A stretch of DNA of 64,000 nucleotides from a bacterium (GTDB taxonomy: Bacteria; Zhuqueibacterota; Zhuqueibacteria; Residuimicrobiales; Krinioviventaceae), in the NCBI GenBank assembly GCA_963674595.2, contig CAXXFV010000016.1, forward strand, positions 416,001 through 480,000. Direction: 5' to 3'. The translations under genes were made by a program, and so were the position numbers. Below are positions 31,258 to 41,828 of the stretch, piece by piece (the stretch's first letter is position 1; each line of letters opens with the position of its first letter). Under the pieces are notes generated by a model that saw only the letters and a list, made by a program, of their open reading frames with translations, did no database searches and was not told the origin of the DNA.

Positions 31258-32559
31258 TTAGGACACAATTTCCCCAACCAGCACATGGGCGCTCGCTTTT
31301 TTAATTCTTACTTGTAACAAGTCACCAATTTTATAATTACCTTTTGGAACAATCACCAGTTTATTGCCGTCGTTTCGTCCCTGCATTTCGTTTTTCGATT
31401 TTTTGGTTGAATCACTTTCCAAAAGGATTGTGTGTATTTGTCCGATATGGGCCTTGTTTTTCTTTAAGGAAATCTGTTTTTGAATTTCATTAAGCCGAAT
31501 GATGCGTTCGGTTTTTGCTTGTTCTGAAATATCATCTTTATATTTTTTTTGTGCTATTGTCCCTTCCCGCACCGAATATTTAAAAATAAATGCCGAATCA
31601 TACTGAACTTTTTCCACCACTTTAACAGTGTCTTCAAACTCTGCTTCTGTCTCTGTTGGAAAACCGACAATAATATCTGTTGTAAAAACCATATCCGCAT
31701 AATGGGATTTTATATCGTCAACCAGTGCCAAATAATCTTCCTGGCTATAAGTTCTTCGCATCATGTCCAGTATCCGGGTGTTTCCCGCCTGAAGCGGCAG
31801 GTGGATATGTTTACAGACTTTGGGATTCGTCGCTACAACTTTAATCAATGAACGCGGAAAATCCTTGGGATGGGGTGACGTGAAACGAATTCTTTCCAGT
31901 CCGTCTATTTCACTGACTTTTTCCAGCAGGTATGGAAAGTCCTTGCCGTCATGGTTATAGGAGTTGACGTTTTGGCCCAAAAGAGTGACCTGTGGAAATC
32001 CTTCCCGAACCAGTTGTTTCACTTCATCCAAAATGCCGGCAACGGAGCGGCTGCGCTCACGTCCGCGTGTATAGGGCACAATGCAGTAAGAGCAGAAATT
32101 ATTACAGCCACGCATAATCGCTATCCAGGCATTAACGCCTTTAACTCGGGTGGGGTAAATGTCGGCATAATCTTCAAACTCGGAGAGTGTTATGTCATAA
32201 GGTTTTTTTTCTGTGGAATTGATAAGCTTGTAAAGGTTCCGGTAGCTGTCCGGTCCGGCAATAAAATCAATCGGCAGTTTTGGATTTTGTACCAGTTTTT
32301 CCTTAAAGTCGGTTGCCATACAACCGATTACACCTATTTGCAGCGGACGCCCGTCGGCAAGATATCTGAGTTTGTGAATTCGTCCGAACACCTTTCTGTT
32401 GGCGTTTTCACGCACGGAACAGGTGTTAAGCAGAATAACATCCGCTTCATCCGGTGAATCGACAAATATAAGGTTTTCTTTTAATAACACGGATTTTACA
32501 ATTTCCGTGTCATATTCGTTCATTTGACAGCCATAGGTTTCAATGTATACTTTTTTCAA
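31258..32559 (-). CDS. miaB: tRNA-2-methylthio-N6-dimethylallyladenosine synthase
   Basis: ETYGCQMN, NTCSVRENA, CNNFCSYCIVPYTRGRERSR, C-terminal TRAM domain. Confidence 0.92.
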   Translation of the reverse strand: MKKVYIETYGCQMNEYDTEIVKSVLLKENLIFVDSPDEADVILLNTCSVRENANRKVFGRIHKLRYLADGRPLQIGVIGCMATDFKEKLVQNPKLPIDFIAGPDSYRNLYKLINSTEKKPYDITLSEFEDYADIYPTRVKGVNAWIAIMRGCNNFCSYCIVPYTRGRERSRSVAGILDEVKQLVREGFPQVTLLGQNVNSYNHDGKDFPYLLEKVSEIDGLERIRFTSPHPKDFPRSLIKVVATNPKVCKHIHLPLQAGNTRILDMMRRTYSQEDYLALVDDIKSHYADMVFTTDIIVGFPTETEAEFEDTVKVVEKVQYDSAFIFKYSVREGTIAQKKYKDDISEQAKTERIIRLNEIQKQISLKKNKAHIGQIHTILLESDSTKKSKNEMQGRNDGNKLVIVPKGNYKIGDLLQVRIKKASAHVLVGEIVS

Positions 32560-33845
32560 GAGAGTGTTCCAATGATTGCTTGATTGTTAATGTGTGACAA
32601 TTTTACCGGTACATACTGGTTTGCCAAATTGAGTTCAGATTTAACAAGAACACGAATAAAGGTGTCTGTTAATCCGGACCAGTAACCGTTCTTTAATTGT
32701 TCAAAAAGGACCTTTTCGGTCCGGCCGAGTTGTTTTTCAAGATAGTTTTTACGCTTTTTCTGACTCAGCTTTCTTAAAATCAGGCTCCGTTTTTCAATAG
32801 TCGCTTTATCTACTTTGTCGGGAAACAACCTGCTTTTATTATTTTTCCGGTCTGAGTAGCTGAATACATGAAAATAGGCGATGGGGAGTTTTGTCAACAA
32901 CTCAACGGATTCGTTAAAATGGTCGTCCGTTTCTCCCGGAAAACCGACAATCACGTCCGTACCGATGCATATATTATCCACTTTTTGGGTTGCCTGCAAA
33001 ATATATTCTGAAAATTCATCGGTTGTATATCGTCTGTTCATTGCCTTTAAAATGGTATTGCTTCCGCTTTGCATGGAAATGTGTAAATAACGGCACAGTT
33101 TATTAAAAGGCGTCATCATATCCAACAGGTTATCCGGAATCGTTTTTGCCTCTATAGAGGAAATGCGGATCCTTTTCAGCCCTTTAAATTGCGTCAGCTT
33201 TGATATCACATCGGAAATATTATGATTGTTATAATTATAAGTACCGATATTGATACCGGTTAAAATCAGTTCTTTATGTCCGGCGTTTATTAAAATTTCC
33301 GCTTCTTTAAAAATATCATCAAAAACACGGCTTCTGGCCCGACCTCTGGCGTAAGGAATTTCACAATAACTGCAGAAAAAGTTACAACCGTCCTGTATTT
33401 TCAAGTTTGCGCGGGTATGCCTGGTATCAATACCGGCAACCGGAATCGTAAAGTTGTCCGGTTTAATTTCCGGTGTCATTAATTGAGGCTCTGTGGGATT
33501 ATTTTGCAAAATTTCCGGTAAATCCATTTTTAGCTGGTTGCCGATAACCCACTGCACCCCGGGGATTGTCATCAACTCTTTTCCCTGGGTTTGGGCCTGA
33601 CAACCGACAAGCGCTATTTGTGCGTTTTTATTGATCTTTTGGATTCTATTAATAATCCTTCGCGTGTCTGCGTCACCGTTTTCCGTGACGGTACATGTAT
33701 TGACAACGACAATATCAGCCGGATTTTTAATACCTGTTACCCGGTAACCATGCTCTTTCAGGCTTTGTTCCATAACAGCCGTTTCCGCTTTGTTCAGCCG
33801 GCAGCCGATGGTATAAAATGAAACTGTTTTTTGTTTTTTATTCAT
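32556..33845 (-). CDS. mtaB: tRNA t6A37 methylthiotransferase
   Basis: TIGCRLN, NTCTVT, LKIQDGCNFFCSYC, RIRISSIE, HVFSYS. Confidence 0.9.
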   Translation of the reverse strand: MNKKQKTVSFYTIGCRLNKAETAVMEQSLKEHGYRVTGIKNPADIVVVNTCTVTENGDADTRRIINRIQKINKNAQIALVGCQAQTQGKELMTIPGVQWVIGNQLKMDLPEILQNNPTEPQLMTPEIKPDNFTIPVAGIDTRHTRANLKIQDGCNFFCSYCEIPYARGRARSRVFDDIFKEAEILINAGHKELILTGINIGTYNYNNHNISDVISKLTQFKGLKRIRISSIEAKTIPDNLLDMMTPFNKLCRYLHISMQSGSNTILKAMNRRYTTDEFSEYILQATQKVDNICIGTDVIVGFPGETDDHFNESVELLTKLPIAYFHVFSYSDRKNNKSRLFPDKVDKATIEKRSLILRKLSQKKRKNYLEKQLGRTEKVLFEQLKNGYWSGLTDTFIRVLVKSELNLANQYVPVKLSHINNQAIIGTLS

Positions 33846-33941
33846 ATAATTCGTGTTTTGTTAAACAAGTTTTTAATTTATTAATTTTTACAAGTGAAAG
33901 CAATCAAAAGTTATTTGTTACGCGGAGGTATGTGGCATATA

Positions 33942-33973
33942 AAAAAACTCCCGAAATAATTCGGGAGTTTTTT
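33942..33973 (-). terminator. Intrinsic terminator
   Basis: AAAAAACTCCCGAA-ATAA-TTCGGGAGTTTTTT after MarR stop. Confidence 0.85.
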
Positions 33974-33988
33974 GTGAGAACCCGTGCT

Positions 33989-34438
33989 TTAAGGCGTATG
34001 GGGTGGGCGATATTTTGTAATCAGGCTATAAATATCCTGAAAGGATTTTACAAACAAAATTTTGTCGTCAGAAGAAAAAGGTTTCAGGAATTGGTCAAAC
34101 ATATCCGTCATTGCTTTTTGACGTTTTTTTAACAGATCAAGTCCTTTTTCCGATAGTTTTAACAAAACCTGACGTTTGTCCGGACTGTCGCTGGTTTTAC
34201 TAAAAAGTTCCTGCGAAATCATTCTGTTTGCCAGTTCTGTGCCTGTGGAAGCGGCCAGTTTTAATTTTTCACAAAATTCGCTTACTGTAAGACCATCGTT
34301 TATGTGTACGATAATCAGAGCCTGAAATTGGCGCATGGACAACTTTTCATCATCAGCATGTTGTCTTCCGAGGTCGTGAAATGCTCCCATTATTTTAGGG
34401 ACCAGTTCAGCTAGTTTTTTCGAGTTTCTATCCGTCAT
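33989..34438 (-). CDS. MarR family transcriptional regulator
   Basis: LSMRQFQAL...winged HTH...DKRQVLLKLSEKG. Confidence 0.85.
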   Translation of the reverse strand: MTDRNSKKLAELVPKIMGAFHDLGRQHADDEKLSMRQFQALIIVHINDGLTVSEFCEKLKLAASTGTELANRMISQELFSKTSDSPDKRQVLLKLSEKGLDLLKKRQKAMTDMFDQFLKPFSSDDKILFVKSFQDIYSLITKYRPPHTP

Positions 34439-34447
34439 TCTTATCCT

Positions 34448-36616
34448 TTAGTAACTTGTTTCAACTCCGACAAAATATTGGCGTCCGAACCAGGGTCCAA
34501 AAACATCATTAGTATAATCACGAATGTTGTTGACACCGGCCCGTACTTTGAAAAAGCGATTTACCTTAAACGCTGCTGATGCATCGAGCAGGTTATAGGC
34601 TTCTTTTTTAACCGGAGCATCCGCATCCGTTCCGAGGTTGAGGGCAAATTGTGAATTGATCGTGACTTTACCGTAATACTGGTTGCGGACCGACAAGTTT
34701 AAACGGTTTTGTAACAGACGATAATTCAACCGTACAGAAATTGTATGCGGCGGAACATCCATGCCGCCGTTTGTTTCATCCGTATTTGTCATGGTTTCTG
34801 AATCTTCAATATATTTTACTTTGGTATAGTTGTATGACAATGAACCTGACAAGTTTTTAATAATATAAATTTTGGTTTGAAGTTCAAAGCCGTTAAATGT
34901 CGCTTCATCGATATTTTGATATGAATAATACATGAATGGCGGGTGTCCGTATGTATAATCGGCAATTAAATCTGTAAATTTATTTTGAAATACAGAACCG
35001 CTCACAAGGAATTTATCGTTTGAATATTCCACGCCAACGTTTGTTCCGTTGGATTTTTCCTCTGTTAGGTCCCCATTTCCAATCACAGTAAACGGCATGC
35101 CGGGAACAGAAAAATTACTATACATTTCCAGAAAACTGGGCGCTCTAAAACCGGCACCCCAGGATGATCGTAGTTTTAGTTCAGGCGTGACCTCAAACAT
35201 GGCGCTGACTCTGGGACTGAACCGGCCATCAAAATCGGTGATTTTATCATATCTGCCGCCGATATTTAATGTCAGTTTTTTTATTAAAACTTCTGCTTGA
35301 GTGAAAACACCATGCTGTTCACGGGTTATTTTATCCGTAACACGATCTGATTTATAGTCATTATTGGAATAATCATATCCCACATTAAAAGATAACCCCT
35401 TCATCGCTGACACAAGAAAATCAGTCTTTAATCCGATAATGTTTTCTTCTGTTGTATCGGTTGATGCTGCCTGCGGCATCGATTGAGGAGCTGTTTTATA
35501 TGTCCTAAAGTTATCTGAAATGTACCCAGTGGCATTCATGTTTAGCAATGAGCCGTATTTTTTATTCCAGTTTAAATTTGTGTTCCAATGGTCAACATCG
35601 GTTTCTGTTTCATTTATTGATGTATAACCGGCGATATCCGCTTTTTGTGTATGTTCTTTGTATTCTACAGATGCTTCGAAATTTCCCAACGCTATTTCCG
35701 GAAAACTGATTTTTCCGTTTATTGCGTCGATTTTCTGGTCTTTAAAGCTGATTTCCGTACTGTTTTTATACTCTCCCTGACTCATATGATCATAATCTAT
35801 TCTGTAACCAATACCGTTCTTTTTGCCGCTTAGATTTAAATTACTGCTGTATAAATCATGAGAGCCGGTTTTTAAATTTACATTGGCATCAAAGTTATCC
35901 GTAAAACCTTTTGTAATGATATTAACAACTCCGCCCATTGCTTCACTTCCATAAAGCGCAGACCCCGGTCCTTTAACGATTTCAATGTGGTCGATTTTAT
36001 CCGAATCAATCATATTCAGTTCGACCCTGTCATGTATTTTTCCGGCAATAGGATTGCCGTCCATCAAAATTAAAATTCGTTTGTTGTCAATCCCGTTCAT
36101 TCGCAGAATTTTGCCGCCGGAAGAATTAGATTCGACCAAAATTCCCGGTCTGTCTTCCATTGCTTCTGCTAAATCATCTGCTCCTTTTTCCTCAATTTCT
36201 GTCTGTGAAATAAACTCTGTAATGACAGGAACATCCTGCAAAAGTTTTTCCGAACGTGTGGCTGTTATAACCACCTGGTCCATTTGAAAATAACTTTCAT
36301 TAAGCTCAAATCGTATTTGTGGATTGAATTGAGCTGAAACAGTTGTTTTTTGTTCACCGGTTTCGTATCCAATTACTTTGGCATGCAGTGTATATTCGCC
36401 TGCTGTTACATTTTTTATTATAAATTCACCCTTGCTGTTTGCTGCTGCGCCTCTGTTTGTGCCTTCTATGGTAACATTGGCATAGGGCAGTACAGAGCCG
36501 GTTTTACTGTCAAGAACGATACCTTTAATGTCCAGACTTTCTGCGCTAACGGTAAATACAGACACGCAAAAAGTTAAGAACACAAAAATATTAATAACAA
36601 TATTTTGTTTTTTCAT
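34448..36616 (-). CDS. TonB-dependent receptor (CirA/BtuB-like) with CarboxypepD domain
   Basis: VVITATRSE TonB box; IEIVKGPGSALYGSEAMGGVVNIITK; GFRAPS. Confidence 0.92.
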   Translation of the reverse strand: MKKQNIVINIFVFLTFCVSVFTVSAESLDIKGIVLDSKTGSVLPYANVTIEGTNRGAAANSKGEFIIKNVTAGEYTLHAKVIGYETGEQKTTVSAQFNPQIRFELNESYFQMDQVVITATRSEKLLQDVPVITEFISQTEIEEKGADDLAEAMEDRPGILVESNSSGGKILRMNGIDNKRILILMDGNPIAGKIHDRVELNMIDSDKIDHIEIVKGPGSALYGSEAMGGVVNIITKGFTDNFDANVNLKTGSHDLYSSNLNLSGKKNGIGYRIDYDHMSQGEYKNSTEISFKDQKIDAINGKISFPEIALGNFEASVEYKEHTQKADIAGYTSINETETDVDHWNTNLNWNKKYGSLLNMNATGYISDNFRTYKTAPQSMPQAASTDTTEENIIGLKTDFLVSAMKGLSFNVGYDYSNNDYKSDRVTDKITREQHGVFTQAEVLIKKLTLNIGGRYDKITDFDGRFSPRVSAMFEVTPELKLRSSWGAGFRAPSFLEMYSNFSVPGMPFTVIGNGDLTEEKSNGTNVGVEYSNDKFLVSGSVFQNKFTDLIADYTYGHPPFMYYSYQNIDEATFNGFELQTKIYIIKNLSGSLSYNYTKVKYIEDSETMTNTDETNGGMDVPPHTISVRLNYRLLQNRLNLSVRNQYYGKVTINSQFALNLGTDADAPVKKEAYNLLDASAAFKVNRFFKVRAGVNNIRDYTNDVFGPWFGRQYFVGVETSY

Positions 36617-36688
36617 GGTTCCTTCTCCATTTGTTGATGTAAAATAATGAACAGACAGTAAAGAGGTTATTAATTTTGCAATAATTGG

Positions 36689-36730
36689 TTCGTATAAGCG
36701 AAATATAATTTATGTAAATTGAATAGTCAA
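36689..36730 (-). promoter_or_regulatory. Putative promoter with palindromic (MarR-like) operator
   Basis: Minus strand TTGACT (36730-36725), 17 nt, TATATT (36707-36702), abutting TTCG-N6-CGAA (36689-36702). Confidence 0.4.
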
Positions 36731-36866
36731 GAAAAAAACTAAAAATAATTGTAAAATACAGCAAGTGTAACTGTAACTTGCTTTTTGAACTACAAGTCGC
36801 TATCTTTAAGTGTTGGATTTTATTATACAAGTTTTTCAAAAAACAAAAGATTAACTTGAGGAAATT

Positions 36867-38243
36867 ATGAAAACAGCAATTATTCTGGCAGCCGGTAGCG
36901 GTTCAAAAATTTGGCCCTATAATGTAACAAAAAACAAATGTGTTTTACCCGTTGCAAATAAACCTCTTTTCTTATATACTGTTGAGGCATTAAAAAATAA
37001 CAACATTGATCAGATAGTTGTTGTAACAGGTTATCGCAGCGAACAGATTGTTCATGCTTTGGGTGCCTATGACAATATTAAACTTGTTGAACAAAAAGGA
37101 AACAAGGGAACGGTTTCTGCTTTGTTAACAGGTCTGGATGCAGTTGATGATGCGGAATTTTTGGTTGTTTATGGCGATGTTTTGGTAACAGATAAAGATA
37201 TTTCTGCTTTGTTGAAAAACTATAAACAGTCCAAACCCATTGCCGGTGCATTGGTGCAGCCGCTTGGAACAGAATCGCCCAATGAATGGATATGCGCTCA
37301 GGTTAATAATTCTCAGATTGAATATATATTGGGGCACCCGCGAGACAGTGTAACGCATCGTATGTGCGGCATTTACGCGATGGACCGAAAGATCGTTCCC
37401 TATTTAAAAAAGAATCCGGGATTTATGCAATCGGTTCAGGTGGGCATGATGTCACCGGATGAGGCTTTTATAGAAGATTCCATCCAAATGGCAATTGAAG
37501 CCGGACAGAATATTCAGGCCGTTGAAACGGGCCAACCGTTTTTTGACATTGATAAACCCTGGCACCTGCTTGAAGCTAACCGTCAATGGATGGAATACTG
37601 CGGGTCCCGCCTGGAAAAAAATATTATCGGTAAAAATTGTAAAATATCTGATAAAGCTGACATAAGCGGCCATCTTGTGCTTGGGGATAACTGTGAAATC
37701 GGCAGTGGTGTTCATATCGAGGGGAGCTTGTGGCTGGGTGATAACAGCAAAATCGTTCAGGGGGCCATCATCGAGCCGAATGTTCATATTGGTAAAAACT
37801 GTACAATAAGAAGATATGCCCAAATAGAATTAAGTACGTGTATTGGTGACGACAGTTTTGTCGGGCATTGTGCTGAAGTTGCCGGTGTTTTTATGAAACG
37901 AGCCTGGGCCTTTCATTACGGTGAATATTGGGGCATTTTAGGAGATTGTTGTGATTTGGGCGCTGCAACGGTATGCGGCAATTTGCGTTTTGATGATTTA
38001 CAAACCGTACACACTGTCAACAATCGTAAAGAAATTCCAAAAGCAGGGGCCAATGCCGCCTATATCGGTGATTATGTGCGGACCGGTGTCAACACAATTA
38101 TAATGCCCGGTGTAAAGGTCGGGCCTTATAGCGTATTAGGCGCCGGGACGATTGTCCATAAAGATGTTGAGAACAATACACTATTGTACGTCAAACAGGA
38201 ACATGTTCAACAAAAATGGGGTCCCGAAAAATACGGCTGGTAG
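36867..38243 (+). CDS. Sugar-phosphate nucleotidyltransferase with hexapeptide-repeat domain (GlmU-like)
   Basis: ILAAGSG...K..LPVANKP, YGD; left-handed beta-helix repeats; NLRFD. Confidence 0.85.
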   Translation: MKTAIILAAGSGSKIWPYNVTKNKCVLPVANKPLFLYTVEALKNNNIDQIVVVTGYRSEQIVHALGAYDNIKLVEQKGNKGTVSALLTGLDAVDDAEFLVVYGDVLVTDKDISALLKNYKQSKPIAGALVQPLGTESPNEWICAQVNNSQIEYILGHPRDSVTHRMCGIYAMDRKIVPYLKKNPGFMQSVQVGMMSPDEAFIEDSIQMAIEAGQNIQAVETGQPFFDIDKPWHLLEANRQWMEYCGSRLEKNIIGKNCKISDKADISGHLVLGDNCEIGSGVHIEGSLWLGDNSKIVQGAIIEPNVHIGKNCTIRRYAQIELSTCIGDDSFVGHCAEVAGVFMKRAWAFHYGEYWGILGDCCDLGAATVCGNLRFDDLQTVHTVNNRKEIPKAGANAAYIGDYVRTGVNTIIMPGVKVGPYSVLGAGTIVHKDVENNTLLYVKQEHVQQKWGPEKYGW

Positions 38244-38376
38244 CATATTATCTCTGTACCTGAAAAAAATAAAATACATCAAGAAATTTGATCATTTGTA
38301 TAATTACAAAAAATGGAATTTTGTGTTTATACCTGTTGTTACTGACCTCAATACCGGATCGGATTATAGGTGAACT

Positions 38377-39909
38377 ATGAGTAATGAAAAAACAACAAAT
38401 CCACTTCGTGAGGGAATGCGGTTAAAAAGGCTGCCGCAGCCCAATACACTTGTTATCTTTGGTGCTACAGGCGATTTAACACATCGTAAACTGTTGCCAT
38501 CGTTATTTAGTCTTTATAAGCAGAATCTTTTACCGATTAATTTTTCGATTATCGCTTTTGCACGCAGACCAAAGACAAGCAGCGAATATCAAAATGAATT
38601 TAAAAATGCATTACCTTCATCCGGTTATTCACCGGAAGACAAGGAAAAGCTAAATTCGTTTTTGCAATACATACATTATTTTCAGGGAGATTTTTCGTCT
38701 CCGGATGCCTTTATTGCATTATCGGAAAAGTTGAAAAATATTGAAAAAGAGAACAGAATAAATGCCAACCGGCTTTACTATCTGGCAACTCCGCCGTCTG
38801 CTTATAACACAATCGTTGAAAATTTGGGAGCTGCCGGTCTTTCCGCTAATGATTCCGGATGGACGCGTATTATTATTGAAAAACCGTTTGGTCATGATCT
38901 GTCAAGCGCTCAGGATTTGAATAGAAACGTAAAACAGGTATTTAGTGAGGAGCAGATTTATAGAATCGATCATTATCTTGGTAAAGAAACGGTTCAGAAT
39001 ATTCTTGTTTTTCGTTTTGCTAACGGCATTTTTGAACCGATATGGAACCGGCGCTACATAGACCATGTACAGATATCTTTTGCCGAATCCATAGGTGTGG
39101 AAGGACGGGGCAAGTTTTACGAAGAAATCGGTATTTTAAGGGATATTATACAAAACCATCTGTTGCAGCTATTGTGTCTTGTTGCCATGGAACCACCGTC
39201 TTCATTTGATGCCGACGCTGTTCGGGATGAAAAGGTCAAGGTCCTTCGGGCCGTGCAGCCGATCAGTGCCGATGATATGGATAAAAGAGTCGTGCGGGCA
39301 CAGTATGCGGCGGGTTCACTTTTGGGACAAAATTATATTTCCTATCTTGATGAAGAGGGTGTCTCTCCTGATTCCACGACGGAGACATACACTGCCATGA
39401 AATTATCGTTGAATAACTGGCGGTGGGCCGGCGTTCCTTTTTTTATCCGGGCCGGTAAGCGTCTTCCGAAACGCGTTACGGAAATAGCCATCCATTTTAA
39501 AGATGCACCATTGCAAATATTTGGTCCCCAGGCTGCGGACGTTTCCGCCAATGTTTTAACACTAAATATTCAACCTAATGAAGGGATTTCCCTGCGATTC
39601 GATTCCAAAGTACCGGGTCCCACAGCACATATTCGACCGGTAACAATGGATTTTCGTTACGGTACCAGTTTTGGCGAGGTCCCACCCGATGCTTACGAAC
39701 GATTGTTGCTGGATGCCATGATTGGCGATTCCACATTATTTACCCGTGCCGATGAAAATGAAATGGCCTGGAAAATAATGACACCCATCCTGGAACACTG
39801 GCAAAATCTCGGTAAAACCAGCATTCCCCAATATAAAATTGGTACCTGGGGACCTGAAGAAGCGGATGTGTTACTGTCAGATATTCATAATAAATGGAGA
39901 CAGTTATAA
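38377..39909 (+). CDS. zwf: Glucose-6-phosphate 1-dehydrogenase
   Basis: GATGDL, EKPFG, RIDHYLGKE. Confidence 0.97.
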   Translation: MSNEKTTNPLREGMRLKRLPQPNTLVIFGATGDLTHRKLLPSLFSLYKQNLLPINFSIIAFARRPKTSSEYQNEFKNALPSSGYSPEDKEKLNSFLQYIHYFQGDFSSPDAFIALSEKLKNIEKENRINANRLYYLATPPSAYNTIVENLGAAGLSANDSGWTRIIIEKPFGHDLSSAQDLNRNVKQVFSEEQIYRIDHYLGKETVQNILVFRFANGIFEPIWNRRYIDHVQISFAESIGVEGRGKFYEEIGILRDIIQNHLLQLLCLVAMEPPSSFDADAVRDEKVKVLRAVQPISADDMDKRVVRAQYAAGSLLGQNYISYLDEEGVSPDSTTETYTAMKLSLNNWRWAGVPFFIRAGKRLPKRVTEIAIHFKDAPLQIFGPQAADVSANVLTLNIQPNEGISLRFDSKVPGPTAHIRPVTMDFRYGTSFGEVPPDAYERLLLDAMIGDSTLFTRADENEMAWKIMTPILEHWQNLGKTSIPQYKIGTWGPEEADVLLSDIHNKWRQL

Positions 39910-41000
39910 TGGAAAATGCAACGATAACTGTCCCCGGTATTAAAGTCAGTTTAAAGAACATAGAATCTGAATTGATAAATTTTTGGAAGGGAATTGTTGC
40001 TGATTCTGATCCGCAGACTCTGGTTAAAACTAGCACAATGAATTTTATTATTATTTCTCAGGATGTTGAAAATTTTCAATCTTTAACAACGTTAATACAG
40101 CACATAACCAAACATCATCCGGGGCGTATTCTTTTGGTTTTGATTGATAAAAACAACAATACCGACCAGATCGATGCATCCATAACGGCCTATTGTCAGT
40201 CATTCGATAGTTCAGACCAACAGCTTTGTTGTGAACAAATTACCCTGTCAACCGGCCGTGATGGTATGGCGCATTTGAACGGCGTTATCATTCCGTTACT
40301 GTTGCCGGACCTTCCCGTGTTTTTGTGGCATGTAGAGGCTGAACAATTAAGGGATAATTATTACGGCCCGATTTATCCTTTTGTGAACAGAATAATTCTC
40401 GATTTAGGACAGGTGAAAGAACTCTCTGACATTAAAAGTTGGATAAATAATCTGTCTGAAAAAGCTCATATCAGTGATTTGGCGTGGACACAAATAACTC
40501 CCTGGCGCGAAGCGTTGGCCCTACCTTTTGATAATGACTTGTTTGTGAAATACCTGATGTCTGTTCGAAACGTTAAAATTACCAGTCGCTCTGATAAAAA
40601 GGACCAATTTTCTTCCTGGCTATTGGTTGGGTGGTTGATGTCTCAGTTAAACTGGTCCTATAAAGATTATGATGGAAATTTTAAATTTTCTGATGCTTCT
40701 CACCAACCTGTTGATGTTGAATTTAGTAATGATAAAAATTCAGGTGGTATTACAAAAATTGAATTATCTAGTCAAACCGACGATGAATTGATCAATTTTT
40801 CATTTATTCGCTCAAATGAAAATGAAATTGAAATAAAAATCAATAAAGGTCATGATCTGCTTTTTTCAGGTATGGTCCCATATAAAAAATTGAGCAAAAG
40901 CCAGTTGATCTGTAATGAACTCGATTTTTTAAACACCGATAAAATATATTTAAAATCACTCGGTTTGTTAAATTATCTGGAAATAAATAAAAATGAATGA
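39909..41000 (+). CDS. opcA: G6PD assembly/allosteric effector OpcA
   Basis: HPGRI, CCEQI, PLLLPDLPVFLW, DLAWTQITPWR; TAATG coupling to zwf. Confidence 0.85.
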   Translation: MENATITVPGIKVSLKNIESELINFWKGIVADSDPQTLVKTSTMNFIIISQDVENFQSLTTLIQHITKHHPGRILLVLIDKNNNTDQIDASITAYCQSFDSSDQQLCCEQITLSTGRDGMAHLNGVIIPLLLPDLPVFLWHVEAEQLRDNYYGPIYPFVNRIILDLGQVKELSDIKSWINNLSEKAHISDLAWTQITPWREALALPFDNDLFVKYLMSVRNVKITSRSDKKDQFSSWLLVGWLMSQLNWSYKDYDGNFKFSDASHQPVDVEFSNDKNSGGITKIELSSQTDDELINFSFIRSNENEIEIKINKGHDLLFSGMVPYKKLSKSQLICNELDFLNTDKIYLKSLGLLNYLEINKNE

Positions 41001-41724
41001 ACCCAAAATACATATTGTTGAGAACAAAGACGAACTGGGACTTGAATGCGCTAAAGCGATGGTTGATATAGCAAAGCAATCTATAGTAGATAAAGGAATG
41101 TTTACAATCGCACTTTCAGGTGGTTCGACACCGAAATTGCTATATAATGCTTTGGTGAAAAATTTTCATAAAGAACTGGACTGGTCGAAGGTCTTTTTTT
41201 TCTGGAGTGATGAACGATATGTTCCTATTGATCATGAGGACAGCAATGCCGGTATGGCGCTGACCTGGTTATTAAATCCTTTAAAAATTGCACCGAAAAA
41301 TATTTATCCTGTCCCTACCGATATTTCCCCTCCTGATAAAGCCGCAGAAATATACCAAAAAACTGTTTTAGAACATTTTAAAGCAGAAAAATATCATATT
41401 CCCGAATTCGATTTGGTGTTGTTGGGACTCGGTGATGACGGTCATACTGCTTCTCTTTTCCCCGGAACAAAGGCATTGTCTGAAAAAAATGATATTGTTA
41501 AAGCAAACTGGATTGATAGTAAAAAGGTCTGGCGTATTACTTTTACCTATCCGCTCATTAACCATGCCAAAAATGTTTTTATGTTGACAACTGGCCCGGA
41601 TAAAGCTGAAATGGTCAGCCGTATTTTAGGTAAAAATGAAAAGTCTTTGCCCGCTTCCCTGATAAATCCCCATCATGGTGAGTTACATTGGTTTTTGGAT
41701 AATTCTGCTGCTTTGAAATTGTAA
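40993..41724 (+). CDS. pgl: 6-phosphogluconolactonase
   Basis: LSGGSTP, DERYVP, LGLGDDGHTASLFP. Confidence 0.95.
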   Translation: MNEPKIHIVENKDELGLECAKAMVDIAKQSIVDKGMFTIALSGGSTPKLLYNALVKNFHKELDWSKVFFFWSDERYVPIDHEDSNAGMALTWLLNPLKIAPKNIYPVPTDISPPDKAAEIYQKTVLEHFKAEKYHIPEFDLVLLGLGDDGHTASLFPGTKALSEKNDIVKANWIDSKKVWRITFTYPLINHAKNVFMLTTGPDKAEMVSRILGKNEKSLPASLINPHHGELHWFLDNSAALKL

Positions 41725-41786
41725 AAAATTGTATCTCAAGAGTGCCGGGGGGCTTTTTCTTTTGTTTTGCGGAACTGACATGTTAT

Positions 41787-41800
41787 ATTGTATACACAAT
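41787..41800. promoter_or_regulatory. GntR-type palindromic operator (copy 1)
   Basis: ATTGTATACACAAT; 13 nt are the exact reverse complement of 52636-52648. Confidence 0.65.
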
Positions 41801-41828
41801 TAAACATCTGATATAGAAAGGGTGAAAA

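Noticed and set aside
28648-33845. mtaB-miaB-phoH-aminotransferase operon as a novel system
   Set aside because: Housekeeping families; miaB-phoH linkage is well known
36617-36866. Cobalamin riboswitch upstream of the BtuB-like receptor
   Set aside because: No B12-box or GGGAA...GCCACTG elements visible; region is very AT-rich
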